24,000 bases of DNA from Syntrophomonadaceae bacterium (GCA_034927445.1 JAYFPZ010000003.1:128974-152973), one strand, 5' to 3'; numbered from the stretch's first letter, positions 1-9,138 are shown. A program made the numbers and translations. The notes: generated from the letters alone by a model not told the origin.

Positions 1-944
1 TGGTCATACAGAGGAAAATTATCATAGAATCCCGGCTCCGAACAGCCGATACAGGGATGCCCGGACTTGATCGGATAACTGACTCCATTGTTCCATTGCG
101 TAATAGCGCAAGCGTTATAAGTGGTCGGGCCTTTGCACCCCATTTTGTACAGACACCATCCCTGTTTGGCGCCGGTATCGTCAAAGCTTTCGACAAACAT
201 GGCTGCATCAAAGAAAGCGCGCCGATTACAGTTGTCATGGATGCGATGGTTGTAAAAAGCGGCAGGCCGCCCCTGACTGGTTAATTCGGGAATACGCTCA
301 AAAGTCAGATAATGCGCAACCACCCCGGCTATGACCTCGGCTATGGGGGGGCAGCCCGGCACCTCAATGACCGGTATATTTTTCACAATCTGTCTTACCG
401 GAACCGCTCCGGTGGGATTGGGGTGAGCCCCCTGCACACAGGTATTGGTGGCACAGGAGCCATAGGCTATAACTGCCACCGCATCCTGGGCCGCTTCCAG
501 CAGGATATCCTGGGCGGATCTCCCGCCGATCGTACAGTATATCCCATTATCCTTTAAGGGGATGCTTCCTTCTACCATTACCAGATAATGCCCCTTGAAA
601 TCCGTTATAGTTTGCTTTTTAGCCGCTTCAGCCTGTACCCCGGAGGCTGCTTGCAGGGTTTCCATGTAGTCCAGCGAGATCATGTTGAAAAGCAACTCCG
701 ACAATAAGGGATGAGCTGTTCTGATAAAGGATTCCGCACAACAGGTACATTCTTGCAGGCTCAAATAGATTACGGGCAAACGGGGTTTGGTTTCTAGAGC
801 ATAGGCGATCCGGGTGATCCAGGATGTCTCCAAACCCAGGACGGCACTTAGAAGACCGCACAGTTTTAGGAAGTCACGCCGTGAATACCCTTTGCGCCGC
901 ATCTCCTGATAAAAAGTCTCCTTTATCACATTGATCGCCTCCAT
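1..944 (-). CDS. [NiFe] hydrogenase small subunit, N-terminal 314 codons (3' end runs off the window)
   Basis: Manual reverse-strand translation from ATG at 944 stays open to base 1: MEAINVIKETFYQEMRRKGYSRRDFLKLCG... (Tat-like RRDFLK motif), ...LQECTCCAESFIR..., ...VIAYGSCATNTC..., ...VPGCPP..., ...GHPCIGCSEPGFYDNFPLYD. These are characteristic small-subunit cysteine motifs. Frame checked at bases 749 and 44. Not in the ORF track because no stop lies inside the window. Confidence 0.95.
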   Translation of the reverse strand, partial: MEAINVIKETFYQEMRRKGYSRRDFLKLCGLLSAVLGLETSWITRIAYALETKPRLPVIYLSLQECTCCAESFIRTAHPLLSELLFNMISLDYMETLQAASGVQAEAAKKQTITDFKGHYLVMVEGSIPLKDNGIYCTIGGRSAQDILLEAAQDAVAVIAYGSCATNTCVQGAHPNPTGAVPVRQIVKNIPVIEVPGCPPIAEVIAGVVAHYLTFERIPELTSQGRPAAFYNHRIHDNCNRRAFFDAAMFVESFDDTGAKQGWCLYKMGCKGPTTYNACAITQWNNGVSYPIKSGHPCIGCSEPGFYDNFPLYD

Positions 945-1074
945 TGGAATTTTTTATTATTATTTCCCTGATAAAACCAAATATGTACTCGCCCGGGCTT
1001 AATGCCGGTAAAGAGTATACTTCTGCTTGGGCATGGAAATTATAATATTGATTCAACGTGAAAGGAGTCTTTTG

Positions 1075-1563
1075 ATGCCGGAGGAGAAGCAAAAACATTT
1101 AAACATTCTGCTTTTCAGCGGGGATTATGACAAGTGCCTGGCAGCCTTTATTTTGGCCAACGGGGCCAGGGATATGGGTATGACCGTAACTATTTTCTGT
1201 GCCTTCTGGGGTTTGTTCGTGGTAAGAGATAAAGATAAAATATCGGTTAAAGATAAAAACATATACGAAAAAATGTTTTCATCCATGACCCCAACCTATG
1301 CCGAGATGCTGCCACTTTCCAAAATGAACCTGGCCGGACTGGGCAAAAGCATGCTGTTAACCATGATGGATGAAAATGCCACCCCCCATTTGCAGGACTT
1401 TCTGGAGGGAGCACTTAAAAAAGGAGTGCGCTTCTGTGCCTGTAAACTGTCCCTTGAGATTATGGGATTTAAATCCGAGGAATTATTGGAGGGCATTGAG
1501 GTAATCGATGTCCAGGCCTATCTTGGAGATGCGGCTGAAGCCGATATACAACTTTTTATTTAG
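1075..1563 (+). CDS. DsrE/DsrF-like (peroxiredoxin-like) family protein
   Basis: ORF 1027..1563; likely start ATG 1075 preceded by AAAGGAG. Sequence LNILLFSGDYDKCLAAFILANGARDMGMTVTIFCAFWGL... and ...GVRFCACKLSLEIMG... fits the DsrE family. Confidence 0.85.
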   Translation: MPEEKQKHLNILLFSGDYDKCLAAFILANGARDMGMTVTIFCAFWGLFVVRDKDKISVKDKNIYEKMFSSMTPTYAEMLPLSKMNLAGLGKSMLLTMMDENATPHLQDFLEGALKKGVRFCACKLSLEIMGFKSEELLEGIEVIDVQAYLGDAAEADIQLFI

Positions 1564-1611
1564 CCTGATACCCTTCAACTAGAGGCAGCCAGGAACCTTA
1601 GCCACTTGGTG

Positions 1612-1636
1612 TACATAGTATAAATAAAACTATGTA
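1612..1636. promoter_or_regulatory. 8-bp perfect inverted repeat (TACATAGT-N9-ACTATGTA) just upstream of the class-V aminotransferase
   Basis: Arms at 1612-1619 and 1629-1636, 15 nt before ATG 1652. Confidence 0.4.
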
Positions 1637-1651
1637 TGAAGAGAGTGCGCT

Positions 1652-3061
1652 ATGTTTAAACCTAAGTCAGCAGCCTTGATATTACGCCAGGATATCAAAG
1701 GCATCGACCAAAAGGTTCCGGTACTGGGCCCCGGACGGCAAAAGTACGTCTTTTTTGATAACGCGGCCAGCACCCCTCCCCTGGCCCCCGTATGGAATGA
1801 AATAGAAGATTACCTGGACTGGTATTCCGGGGTTCACCGGGGTACAGGATACAAATCCCTGTTCAGTTCACAGATATATGACGAGAGTCATGAAATAATC
1901 GGAGATTTTGTAGGCGCTGACCTGTCCCGGGACACCGTGATCCTGGTCAAGAATACCACCGAAGCCATCAACAAATTATCCTATCGTTTGCAGCTGACTC
2001 CTCAAGACATTGTTTTGATCACATGCATGGAACACCACTCCAATGAACTTCCCTGGCGGGCCCGGACGCAGGTTCAGTATATCCCCCTGGACCACAGCGG
2101 TCGGCTCGACCTCAGCCACCTGGAAAAACATTTTGCCAAATATCACCCGCACATCAAGCTCCTGGCTGTTTGCGGCGCCTCCAACGTCACCGGCCATATC
2201 AATGATGTGCATCAGCTTGCCCGGATTGCCCATGCTTATGGCTGTCAAATCGCGGTGGACGGTGCTCAGCTGATACCCCACCAGAAATTTAACATGCAGC
2301 CCCATGACAGTCCTGAGCATATCGACTTTTTGGCCTTTTCCGGCCATAAAATCTACGCTCCCTTTGGTACGGGGGTTTTGATTGGTCCCCGCCAGATATT
2401 CGAGCGGAGTTCACCCGAGTACCAGGGCGGGGGTACAGTGAAAATTGTTACCGGGAATCAAGTTTTCTGGGCCGACCTCCCCGATAAGGAAGAAGCCGGT
2501 TCTCCCAATGTTATCGGGGCTCTGGCCCTGGCCCGCTCCCTGCAATACCTGGATAAACTGGGCATGGAGGAACTGTCCCGGCATGAGGCGGCACTGACTG
2601 ACTATGCCTTACAGAGGCTGAAATCCATCCGGGGAGTCAAAGTCTATGGCACCCAGCCCCGGGTTGGAGTGATAAGCTTCAATCTGTCCAACCTGCCCCA
2701 TGCCCTGGTAGGTGCCATATTATGTTTTGAAGCCGGTGTGGGTTTGCGTACAGGATGTTTTTGCGCCCAAAACTATGTGCGTCATCTCCTGGGAGTCAAG
2801 GCTGATGCTAAACAGGTCGAATTATATGAACAGAACCGGTTTGACCAAATCCCCGGCATGGTGCGCATAAGTATGGCGCCATACAACACCCGTGCAGAAG
2901 TAGATCATCTGATCAAATGGCTTACCTGTATCCTGGATAACAGATTCCAGTTTAAACAGCGCTATAAATTCTCCCCCACCCATGGCGGTTTCATTCCCTC
3001 GGGCTTATTGAGCCCCAAAAACCAGTGGGATGAATTAAAACTGGGAGCGGGCAACAGCTAG
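1652..3061 (+). CDS. Class-V aminotransferase / cysteine desulfurase (SufS/CsdA-like)
   Basis: 469 aa; FFDNAASTPP, EHHSNELPWR, VDGAQLIPH, PLP-lysine motif SGHKIYAPFGTG, and cysteine loop RTGCFCAQ. Confidence 0.88.
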   Translation: MFKPKSAALILRQDIKGIDQKVPVLGPGRQKYVFFDNAASTPPLAPVWNEIEDYLDWYSGVHRGTGYKSLFSSQIYDESHEIIGDFVGADLSRDTVILVKNTTEAINKLSYRLQLTPQDIVLITCMEHHSNELPWRARTQVQYIPLDHSGRLDLSHLEKHFAKYHPHIKLLAVCGASNVTGHINDVHQLARIAHAYGCQIAVDGAQLIPHQKFNMQPHDSPEHIDFLAFSGHKIYAPFGTGVLIGPRQIFERSSPEYQGGGTVKIVTGNQVFWADLPDKEEAGSPNVIGALALARSLQYLDKLGMEELSRHEAALTDYALQRLKSIRGVKVYGTQPRVGVISFNLSNLPHALVGAILCFEAGVGLRTGCFCAQNYVRHLLGVKADAKQVELYEQNRFDQIPGMVRISMAPYNTRAEVDHLIKWLTCILDNRFQFKQRYKFSPTHGGFIPSGLLSPKNQWDELKLGAGNS

Positions 3062-3171
3062 ATTAGAAGTGCAATTGGGACCAAACCAATTGTCCCCTAA
3101 CCTGTCGCCCAATTGCCGAGGCTGCCTGGTGATGACAAGCCGGGCCAGGCGGATGACATGCTGTCCGCTGG

Positions 3172-4773
3172 CTAAATTCGCAGGAATTTGGACTTTTGGC
3201 TCTGGATGGTCTGCAGAAACAGGTCCCGGCCCTGATCGTTGGCAACTGCCAGAGCACGAATGGAAAAAGCCCGCAGGGCATCGGGAACCGATAAGGTGCC
3301 TTCGGCTGAATCCTTGCGGCCGGTAAAGGGGAATTCATCCGGCCCGCGGCGGCACTGGGCGTTGAGGTTGACCCGGGAAACCTGGTTTACCAGAATGTCG
3401 ATCAGCGGTGCGGCATTATCCGGGGATTTTGTAAAAATACTGGCCTGCTGACCGACCGGACTGGCTGCCATATAGGCAAGAATTTCATCCAGGGTGTAAA
3501 ATGGGCTTATCGGAATTACCGGTCCGAATTGTTCAACCTTATATATCTCCATATCGCTGACGACGGGATAAAGCACCGTAGGAAAGAACAGGTTGCCGGC
3601 GGTTTTGCCGCCGTTGGCATTTGCTATACGCGCGCCTTTACCAACCGCATCCTCGATCCAGCTTGCCAACAGTTCACATTTGTTATCCTCGGCCAGCGGG
3701 GTAATAACCACCCCTTCCTCCCAAGGCATCCCGCATTTTATCTTGTCGATTTCCTGATTTAATTCGCTCAAGAATTGGCCGGCTATATCTTGATGAACCC
3801 AAATATGTTTGATGGCGGTACAGCGCTGTCCGTTAAATTCCAGGGCTCCGTTGATACACTCTTTCACCGCCAGTTCCAGGTCACAGTCCGGGAAGATAAA
3901 AGCCGGATTTTTGGCCTCCAGGCCCAATATGGTCCGCAGCCGGTTGTTATAAGGATGCTGGGCTACCAACTTCCGGGCCACCGCAGTTGAGCCGATAAAG
4001 CCCAGAACAGTAATGGAACCGGTTTTCAAGATGGGGGAGATGATAGCCGGTCCGTCGCCATTGATTATGTTTATGACGCCGGGCGGGAAAGAGGCGGCCA
4101 AGGCCTCAAACAGGGTTTCATGGCACAAACAGCCGTATTTGGGAAGTTTGACTACAGCCGTATTTCCCATGATCAAGGCCGGCATAAGCATGGCAAAGGT
4201 CTCATTCAGGGGGTAGTTAAAAGGCCCCATAATGAGACTTACACCCAAGGGGCAACGGCGGATCTGGGCAATAAAGCCTTCTTTTTTCTCAATAGAATTC
4301 GAATCATTATCCAGATCCCGCAGGCGGTTGACCGTGTCATGAATGTATTCAACGGTTCGTTTAAACTCGTCCTGACAACTGTTAAACCCCTTGGCAATTT
4401 CCCACATCTCCAGGCGGGCCAATTGAGGGCCTTTATCATTGATGCGCCGGACGAAATCTTCCATATGTTCTATACGTTCGCGGACCGGCATCTGCGGCCA
4501 GTCCCCCATGCCTGAACCATAGGCCTTTTCAGCAGCGTCCAAGGCCCTCCTGGCTTCCGCTTCATCCAACATGGGTGAACACCCCACTTTATAACGCCGG
4601 GCGGTGCTTCCTTCCGAGCAGCATATGGGGGAATAAACCTCACTGCTGCTGGCGCACTTTAATATTTCCCCATTGATCAAATATCGAGCTTCGTCTTTAT
4701 GTTCTTCAAGCCTGAATAGAGCCGGTATTTCATTAACCTGCGGATAAAACCTGCGGTTATCATCAGTTGGCAT
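3172..4773 (-). CDS. Aldehyde dehydrogenase family protein, likely NADP-dependent non-phosphorylating glyceraldehyde-3-phosphate dehydrogenase (GapN-like)
   Basis: ORF 3172..4815; likely ATG at 4773 preceded by AAGGAGAC. GPFNYPLNETFAMLMPALIMGNTAVVKLPK, FIGSTAVARKL, LEAKNPAFIFPD, FNGQRCTAIK (catalytic Cys) and RRGPDEFPFTGRKDSAEGTLSV match the ALDH superfamily, GapN-like subgroup. Confidence 0.82.
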   Translation of the reverse strand: MPTDDNRRFYPQVNEIPALFRLEEHKDEARYLINGEILKCASSSEVYSPICCSEGSTARRYKVGCSPMLDEAEARRALDAAEKAYGSGMGDWPQMPVRERIEHMEDFVRRINDKGPQLARLEMWEIAKGFNSCQDEFKRTVEYIHDTVNRLRDLDNDSNSIEKKEGFIAQIRRCPLGVSLIMGPFNYPLNETFAMLMPALIMGNTAVVKLPKYGCLCHETLFEALAASFPPGVINIINGDGPAIISPILKTGSITVLGFIGSTAVARKLVAQHPYNNRLRTILGLEAKNPAFIFPDCDLELAVKECINGALEFNGQRCTAIKHIWVHQDIAGQFLSELNQEIDKIKCGMPWEEGVVITPLAEDNKCELLASWIEDAVGKGARIANANGGKTAGNLFFPTVLYPVVSDMEIYKVEQFGPVIPISPFYTLDEILAYMAASPVGQQASIFTKSPDNAAPLIDILVNQVSRVNLNAQCRRGPDEFPFTGRKDSAEGTLSVPDALRAFSIRALAVANDQGRDLFLQTIQSQKSKFLRI

Positions 4774-4964
4774 CAATAGTCTCCTTTCGGTCATTTGAAT
4801 TATATTTAGTATCAATATATGAGCCGCAATAAATACCAGCTAAATATTAAAATATAATTGAACCATAGCCAGAAACGATATTGAGATAAGATATTTGACC
4901 TGTTTTAATATCATATGCATATTTTATGCATTGACCCCTGAAGCAAGTATAATCTTGGTTCTTT

Positions 4965-5522
4965 CTAATATTTGTAGGATGTTTTTGTCATATATGTCTC
5001 TTTATCTGCTTTTCGAAAGAATAATACACTGAGTACTAAGATACTACCCAGTGCTAAAGCTGTTAACAGAAGAAAATAATCTCGATAATTTTGCAATAGT
5101 ATAATAAAAAGTACAGTGATAATTATTCCAAACCGTTGATTCCTATCTATGCTGATCAACGCTACCAGTATGCCAAGCACAAAATATTCGCAGTTTATTT
5201 TACCGGTAAAACCATAATTTACTGCACTCAACAATACGTAAATAATACTAAAGGCTGTACATTTATAAAGCGTCTTTGCTGCCAATATGTCAAATAATGA
5301 AATAGGAGTAGATAAATAAATATCCAGTAGCTTTTTATCTTTTAGCTCCAAGTATATATTGATAAACAGGGAATAAGTAAAGCTAAGCAAGAATACAATA
5401 TTGCTAATTTGAAGATAAACAGTTGCCCTTACAAATACAAGAATGATTGCCGCCGTAACAGTGTAATATATAAAATGAAATCTATGACGATAAAAATCAT
5501 TTAAGAGTAATAATTTTATCAT
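4965..5522 (-). CDS. Multi-pass membrane protein, likely ABC-type transporter permease-like subunit
   Basis: 185 aa, highly hydrophobic with several TM segments; contiguous with a second membrane protein and an ABC ATPase. Confidence 0.6.
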   Translation of the reverse strand: MIKLLLLNDFYRHRFHFIYYTVTAAIILVFVRATVYLQISNIVFLLSFTYSLFINIYLELKDKKLLDIYLSTPISLFDILAAKTLYKCTAFSIIYVLLSAVNYGFTGKINCEYFVLGILVALISIDRNQRFGIIITVLFIILLQNYRDYFLLLTALALGSILVLSVLFFRKADKETYMTKTSYKY

Positions 5523-5525
5523 GGT

Positions 5526-6161
5526 TTAATCCCCAACCATATTTTGTTTATCTAGCGTATACCAATAATTCAATATTCCGCTGGCAAGAAGCAAAACGTT
5601 AATAATAGAATAAACTAGCATTGGGCTTATCTCGCTAAAAAATGGAAGAAAAAAAATAACGATAATGGATATTGACACAATCGTGGCAAACATTCTGGGG
5701 ACTATATTATTTAACCAAACCGAAAGACACACCAAAGTACCGGAAAATATCAGGATGAAATAAAATAATAGAATAAGGTTATCAAAGATTCCTGAAGTTT
5801 TGAGGACAAAGTAATTTATTACATACAATATACTCAAATTAAAAAGAGAAACAAGAATGGCTGTTGCAAGAGTGACGGTGAATCTACTAAAAACTATAGT
5901 TTTAATAGAAACTGGCAATGATATTAATGACTCCATTAATCCCAATTTCTTGTCTATTGTAAAATCGGCGTTGGAAAGAGAAACAAGAATGGCTGTAAGA
6001 ATAAGTACGGTATTCATGCCTTCACTCAGGCTATTTCTCATTTGAGTTGCGATGATGCCAAAAAAAATGGGTAACAGTATATACGAATAAGAAAACATGC
6101 CTTTTTTTTCCCACAGACGCTTTATGTTGTGTATACTATCCCGCTTTAGGATTCCAGTCAT
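5526..6161 (-). CDS. Multi-pass membrane protein, likely ABC-2-type permease
   Basis: 211 aa, several TM segments; ...LPISVKTIVFSRFTVTLATAILVSLFNLSILYVINYF... resembles ABC-2 permeases; 3 nt from the preceding ORF in the same cassette. Confidence 0.65.
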   Translation of the reverse strand: MTGILKRDSIHNIKRLWEKKGMFSYSYILLPIFFGIIATQMRNSLSEGMNTVLILTAILVSLSNADFTIDKKLGLMESLISLPVSIKTIVFSRFTVTLATAILVSLFNLSILYVINYFVLKTSGIFDNLILLFYFILIFSGTLVCLSVWLNNIVPRMFATIVSISIIVIFFLPFFSEISPMLVYSIINVLLLASGILNYWYTLDKQNMVGD

Positions 6162-6179
6162 AACAAATATCCCCCGCAG

Positions 6180-6836
6180 TCAGTTTAATTTTGATATTAT
6201 AATTCCATGGTCAATGGTTAGTTCATTATCACATATACCGTCCACATTTTTTTCATTATGCTCGCTAATCAATATACATATATCATTCATTAAAGATTGC
6301 TTTATATAATCTCGAAATAAGGCAATTCCTTGTTCATCCAGTCCTGAAAATGGTTCATCACAGATGATTATTCTGGGTTCACATATCATAAGTTTTGCGA
6401 TTTCCAATCGTTTTTTCATTCCGGTAGAAAAAGTTTTGACTTTATTGTCCGAGTAATCGCTTAGTCCTGCCCGCTCCAAAGCCCACTCGCTTTTGCGATT
6501 AGGCAATCTAGTTTTTTTATATACCTGAAAGAAGAATTCCAGATTTTCTCTAGCAGTTAATAGAGGGTCTGTTCCTTCCTTATTCATAATAAATCCCATG
6601 AATTGTCTTGAGTGCACGTCATAATAAGGATTTTGTCCCATTATTTTTATATAACCCGAATCAGGTTTTAACAAACCCACCATCAGCCTGATAACGGTAG
6701 TTTTTCCACTGCCATTATCGCCTTTAAGCCAGTTGCATGATTTCCATCCCAACTTAAAACTTACATTATTTAATACCATGGCATCTGCCCCAAATGATTT
6801 ATACACATTGCAAAACTCAACCGGCATACTCAACAT
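6180..6836 (-). CDS. ABC transporter ATP-binding protein
   Basis: Walker A KGDNGSGKTT, signature TFSTGMKKRLEIAK, Walker B IIICDEPFSGLD, H-loop ISEHNE. The ORF track start at 6914 is too long; ATG 6836 (or 6839) follows GGGAGG and overlaps the upstream SPASM ORF stop, suggesting translational coupling. Confidence 0.92.
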   Translation of the reverse strand: MLSMPVEFCNVYKSFGADAMVLNNVSFKLGWKSCNWLKGDNGSGKTTVIRLMVGLLKPDSGYIKIMGQNPYYDVHSRQFMGFIMNKEGTDPLLTARENLEFFFQVYKKTRLPNRKSEWALERAGLSDYSDNKVKTFSTGMKKRLEIAKLMICEPRIIICDEPFSGLDEQGIALFRDYIKQSLMNDICILISEHNEKNVDGICDNELTIDHGIIISKLN

Positions 6837-7085
6837 CATCCCTCCCGCAAATGGCAACTGAGAACTCATTTCCTGACAAAATGCTTTCAAAAGCTCGACA
6901 TTCATTGCATGCATATCGATGGCTGCAATCCTTGCAGGGACTTATTTTATCAAGGGTCAACCGCCATAACTCCTGCACTTCTTTTTTGGTAATTATATCA
7001 TGCAATAGATTATTATGTATATTGCCGAAGTTGTTATTTCTCATCATTCTACATATGTAAACTGAACCGTCATGGCTTATGAAAT
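6817..7085 (-). pseudogene. C-terminal SPASM-domain fragment of a radical-SAM/SPASM-type peptide maturase; N-terminal part missing
   Basis: Within ORF 6817..7248: FISHDGSVYICRMMRNNNFGNIHNNLLHDIITKKEVQELWRLTLDKISPCKDCSHRYACNECRAF...AICGRDDVEYAG. The C-x2-C-x5-C-x2-C cluster, preceding dG.vy.C and FGNI motifs, and trailing Cys resemble SPASM C-termini of GG/grasp-with-SPASM-type maturases. No radical SAM CxxxCxxC motif exists upstream. Confidence 0.7.
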
Positions 7086-7162
7086 ATGTTTTGGCCGTTA
7101 ATACTGCGAACCATAATATGATAAATCCCTGTTTTGCTAGTCTGCCTAGCATACCTGGCCAT
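7070..7162 (-). pseudogene. N-terminal remnant (30 codons) of an IS200-like/REP-associated tyrosine transposase (Y1_Tnp)
   Basis: AGGAGG at 7168-7173, then ATG at 7162: MARYARQTSKTGIYHIMVRSINGQNIFHKP*, closely resembling the start of such transposases (MPR.AR..S..GIYH(I/V)M.RG.NRQ.IF...). It stops exactly where the SPASM-like sequence begins in another frame. Confidence 0.72.
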
Positions 7163-7427
7163 TTGTGCCTCCTCTGTCCAAATTTCCTTTTACTCCAATA
7201 AGGAAAGGAGAACAAGGTACCCAAAAGGAAGAACTGGGAACCTGTCATACTTATAGGTCCCAGCCCATTTTTTCCTCATGAAATAAAATTAAATTGGAAG
7301 CAAAAAGAACGTCCCTTAGCTTCCTCTGATCAGCCTCATTCTTTACAGATACGGCAAATATGTCTAAACTAAAGGGGTAAATATATACTGCTGTAAAGTC
7401 AATGTTTTGAAAGACGGGGGTGTTATT

Positions 7428-7883
7428 ATGATCAAGAAGATACTGGTAGCTTATGATAATGGTAGTCAGTCCAAAAAGGCCCTGGAAGCGGCTATAGAAA
7501 TTGCCGGTAGTACAGGGGCGGAGATTTATGTGGTTGCCGCCTATGCCCTACCTATAGTCTACCAAGGTACAATCCCCCTCGACGGGGTGTATCCCGATAA
7601 CACCGTAATTATTAATTACCTGCAGGAAAACAGCCATGCTTATATGGAAAAGATTCTGGCTGAGGCGGCCGACCGGATTCGTCAGGCCAATATTCCGGTA
7701 TACACCGAGGTCCTGGATGGCAGTCCCGGACGAGTGATAAGCCAGTATGCCGAGGAAAAGGGGGTTGATCTGGTCGCTGTCGGGTCACATAATCGCACCA
7801 TGGTAAACCGGTTCTTTATCGGCAGCGTATCCAATTATATTCTCCAACATGTAAAATGCCTGGTTTTGATCGCCAAAGATTAA
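7428..7883 (+). CDS. Universal stress protein (UspA family)
   Basis: MIKKILVAYDNGSQSKKALEAAIEIA...; C-terminal ATP-binding-type motif VAVGSHNRTMVNRFFIGSVSNYILQHVKCLVLI. ORF track start 7407 is a TTG; ATG at 7428 preferred. Confidence 0.92.
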   Translation: MIKKILVAYDNGSQSKKALEAAIEIAGSTGAEIYVVAAYALPIVYQGTIPLDGVYPDNTVIINYLQENSHAYMEKILAEAADRIRQANIPVYTEVLDGSPGRVISQYAEEKGVDLVAVGSHNRTMVNRFFIGSVSNYILQHVKCLVLIAKD

Positions 7884-7899
7884 TAGATTTTAAACAGAT

Positions 7900-7928
7900 G
7901 GCCCATGGGAAAATTGAACCCATGGGCC
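7900..7928 (+). terminator. Rho-independent-like terminator after the universal stress protein gene
   Basis: Perfect 10-bp stem GGCCCATGGG (7900-7909) / CCCATGGGCC (7919-7928), then TTTAGTTTTG; 17 nt after the stop. Confidence 0.75.
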
Positions 7929-7989
7929 TTTAGTTTTGTCAATCTAGGATAATTCTGTCAAGGAGACGGTTCTTTTGACAATCTGCAGC

Positions 7990-8892
7990 TTAGGAGGTCC
8001 GGCAGAGGGTAAAGCGGGCCAGATCCCGCAGGAAATCCGCTTCCGCCGCAAAGACGCTCAAGCTGTCCAAACAGGCTTCGACACTCTGTTCCGCTTTGCT
8101 TCTGGCGCCCGCCAACCCGTAAAGGCTGGTATAGGTGGTGCGGACGTTCTTAGCGTCGCTGCCCACCGGTTTCCCAATCAAAGCCTGATCTCCGCAGACA
8201 TCAAGGATGTCGTCAGTTATCTGAAAAGCCAGTCCAAAGTGACGGGCATACCGGGTCAAAGCCTCCAGACCCTGGTCATTGAGCTTGCTTAGAATTGCCC
8301 CTATCCGTAATGATGCCTTGAAGAGCTCCCCGGTTTTCAAGCCATGCAGAATACTCAGGTCGAATGATTCCCCCTGGTTTTCACTGGCCAGGTCCATTAC
8401 CTGGCCGCCTACCATGCCCTGGCTGCCGGCGGCCTGAGCCACTTCGCGAATAACCCTGATTACATCCCGGGGGTCAAGTCCATCAATATCGGCATTATGA
8501 GCCATTAATTCAAATGCCGCGGTTAACAGGGCATCGCCGGTAAGAATGGCATTGGCCTCCCCAAATACGCGATGGCAGGTCGGTTTGCCCCGTCGGAAGT
8601 CATCATCATCCATGGCCGGAAGATCGTCATGAACCAAGGAATAGCAATGAATCATTTCCATAGCACAGGCGGTGGGCATCACCTTCAGCGCGTCTCCCCC
8701 GGCGATAGCTGTACCTTCCAGTACTAGTATGGGGCGCAGCCGCTTCCCCCCGTTCATAACCGCATAGTTCATGGCCTGGTGTATCGGCGGCGGGTTGACC
8801 GGAAGTCCCTTCAAATAGGTTCCCAGCTGTTCGTCTACGTACTCTTTGCGTTTCTTTAATTCATACAAAAAAACATCAAGGTTAAAACTCAT
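7990..8892 (-). CDS. ispA: Polyprenyl/farnesyl diphosphate synthase
   Basis: 300 aa; VMNGGKRLRP, first Asp-rich motif HDDLPAMDDDDFRRGKPT, second FQITDDILD; canonical position after xseB. Confidence 0.95.
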   Translation of the reverse strand: MSFNLDVFLYELKKRKEYVDEQLGTYLKGLPVNPPPIHQAMNYAVMNGGKRLRPILVLEGTAIAGGDALKVMPTACAMEMIHCYSLVHDDLPAMDDDDFRRGKPTCHRVFGEANAILTGDALLTAAFELMAHNADIDGLDPRDVIRVIREVAQAAGSQGMVGGQVMDLASENQGESFDLSILHGLKTGELFKASLRIGAILSKLNDQGLEALTRYARHFGLAFQITDDILDVCGDQALIGKPVGSDAKNVRTTYTSLYGLAGARSKAEQSVEACLDSLSVFAAEADFLRDLARFTLCRTS

Positions 8893-8916
8893 GGCAAGTT
8901 CCCTTCTTTAAACTAT

Positions 8917-9138
8917 CTAAATATCAAGCTCCATCAGTTCCAATTCGCCGTTCAGGGTTTTAAGCAGTCTTTGCACCCGGCCGTCGGTCTTTTTCAGTTC
9001 CTGCTGGCAATACAATGAGAGTTTGACTCCTTCTTCAAAAAGAATCAGGCTGGTTTCAAGCGGCAACTCCCCAGATTCCAGCTGCTCCACGATATCTTCC
9101 AGTCTGGCCAGGGCTGAATCAAAACTAAGTTTGTCCAA
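8917..9138 (-). CDS. xseB: Exodeoxyribonuclease VII small subunit
   Basis: 73 aa; FDSALARLEDIVEQLESGELPLETSLILFEEGVKLSLYCQQEL; upstream of ispA and overlapping xseA. TTG start. Confidence 0.95.
   Translation of the reverse strand: MDKLSFDSALARLEDIVEQLESGELPLETSLILFEEGVKLSLYCQQELKKTDGRVQRLLKTLNGELELMELDI

Noticed and set aside
57-861. ORFs 57..284 (+), 312..557 (+), 628..861 (-)
   Set aside because: All overlap the well-supported minus-strand hydrogenase small subunit in other frames; no family resemblance.
3063-4515. Small ORFs on + and - strands within the aldehyde dehydrogenase region (3063..3338, 3069..3326, 3239..3451, 3529..3762, 3775..3990, 4013..4216, 4120..4515, 4239..4439)
   Set aside because: Shadow ORFs antisense or out of frame to a conserved ALDH gene.
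5857-7060. Plus-strand ORFs 5857..6045, 6097..6309 and 6794..7060 as possible precursor peptides for the SPASM locus
   Set aside because: They are antisense to the permease, ATPase and SPASM frames; no leader/core pattern or convincing RBS. No precursor peptide could be supported in 7249-7427 either.
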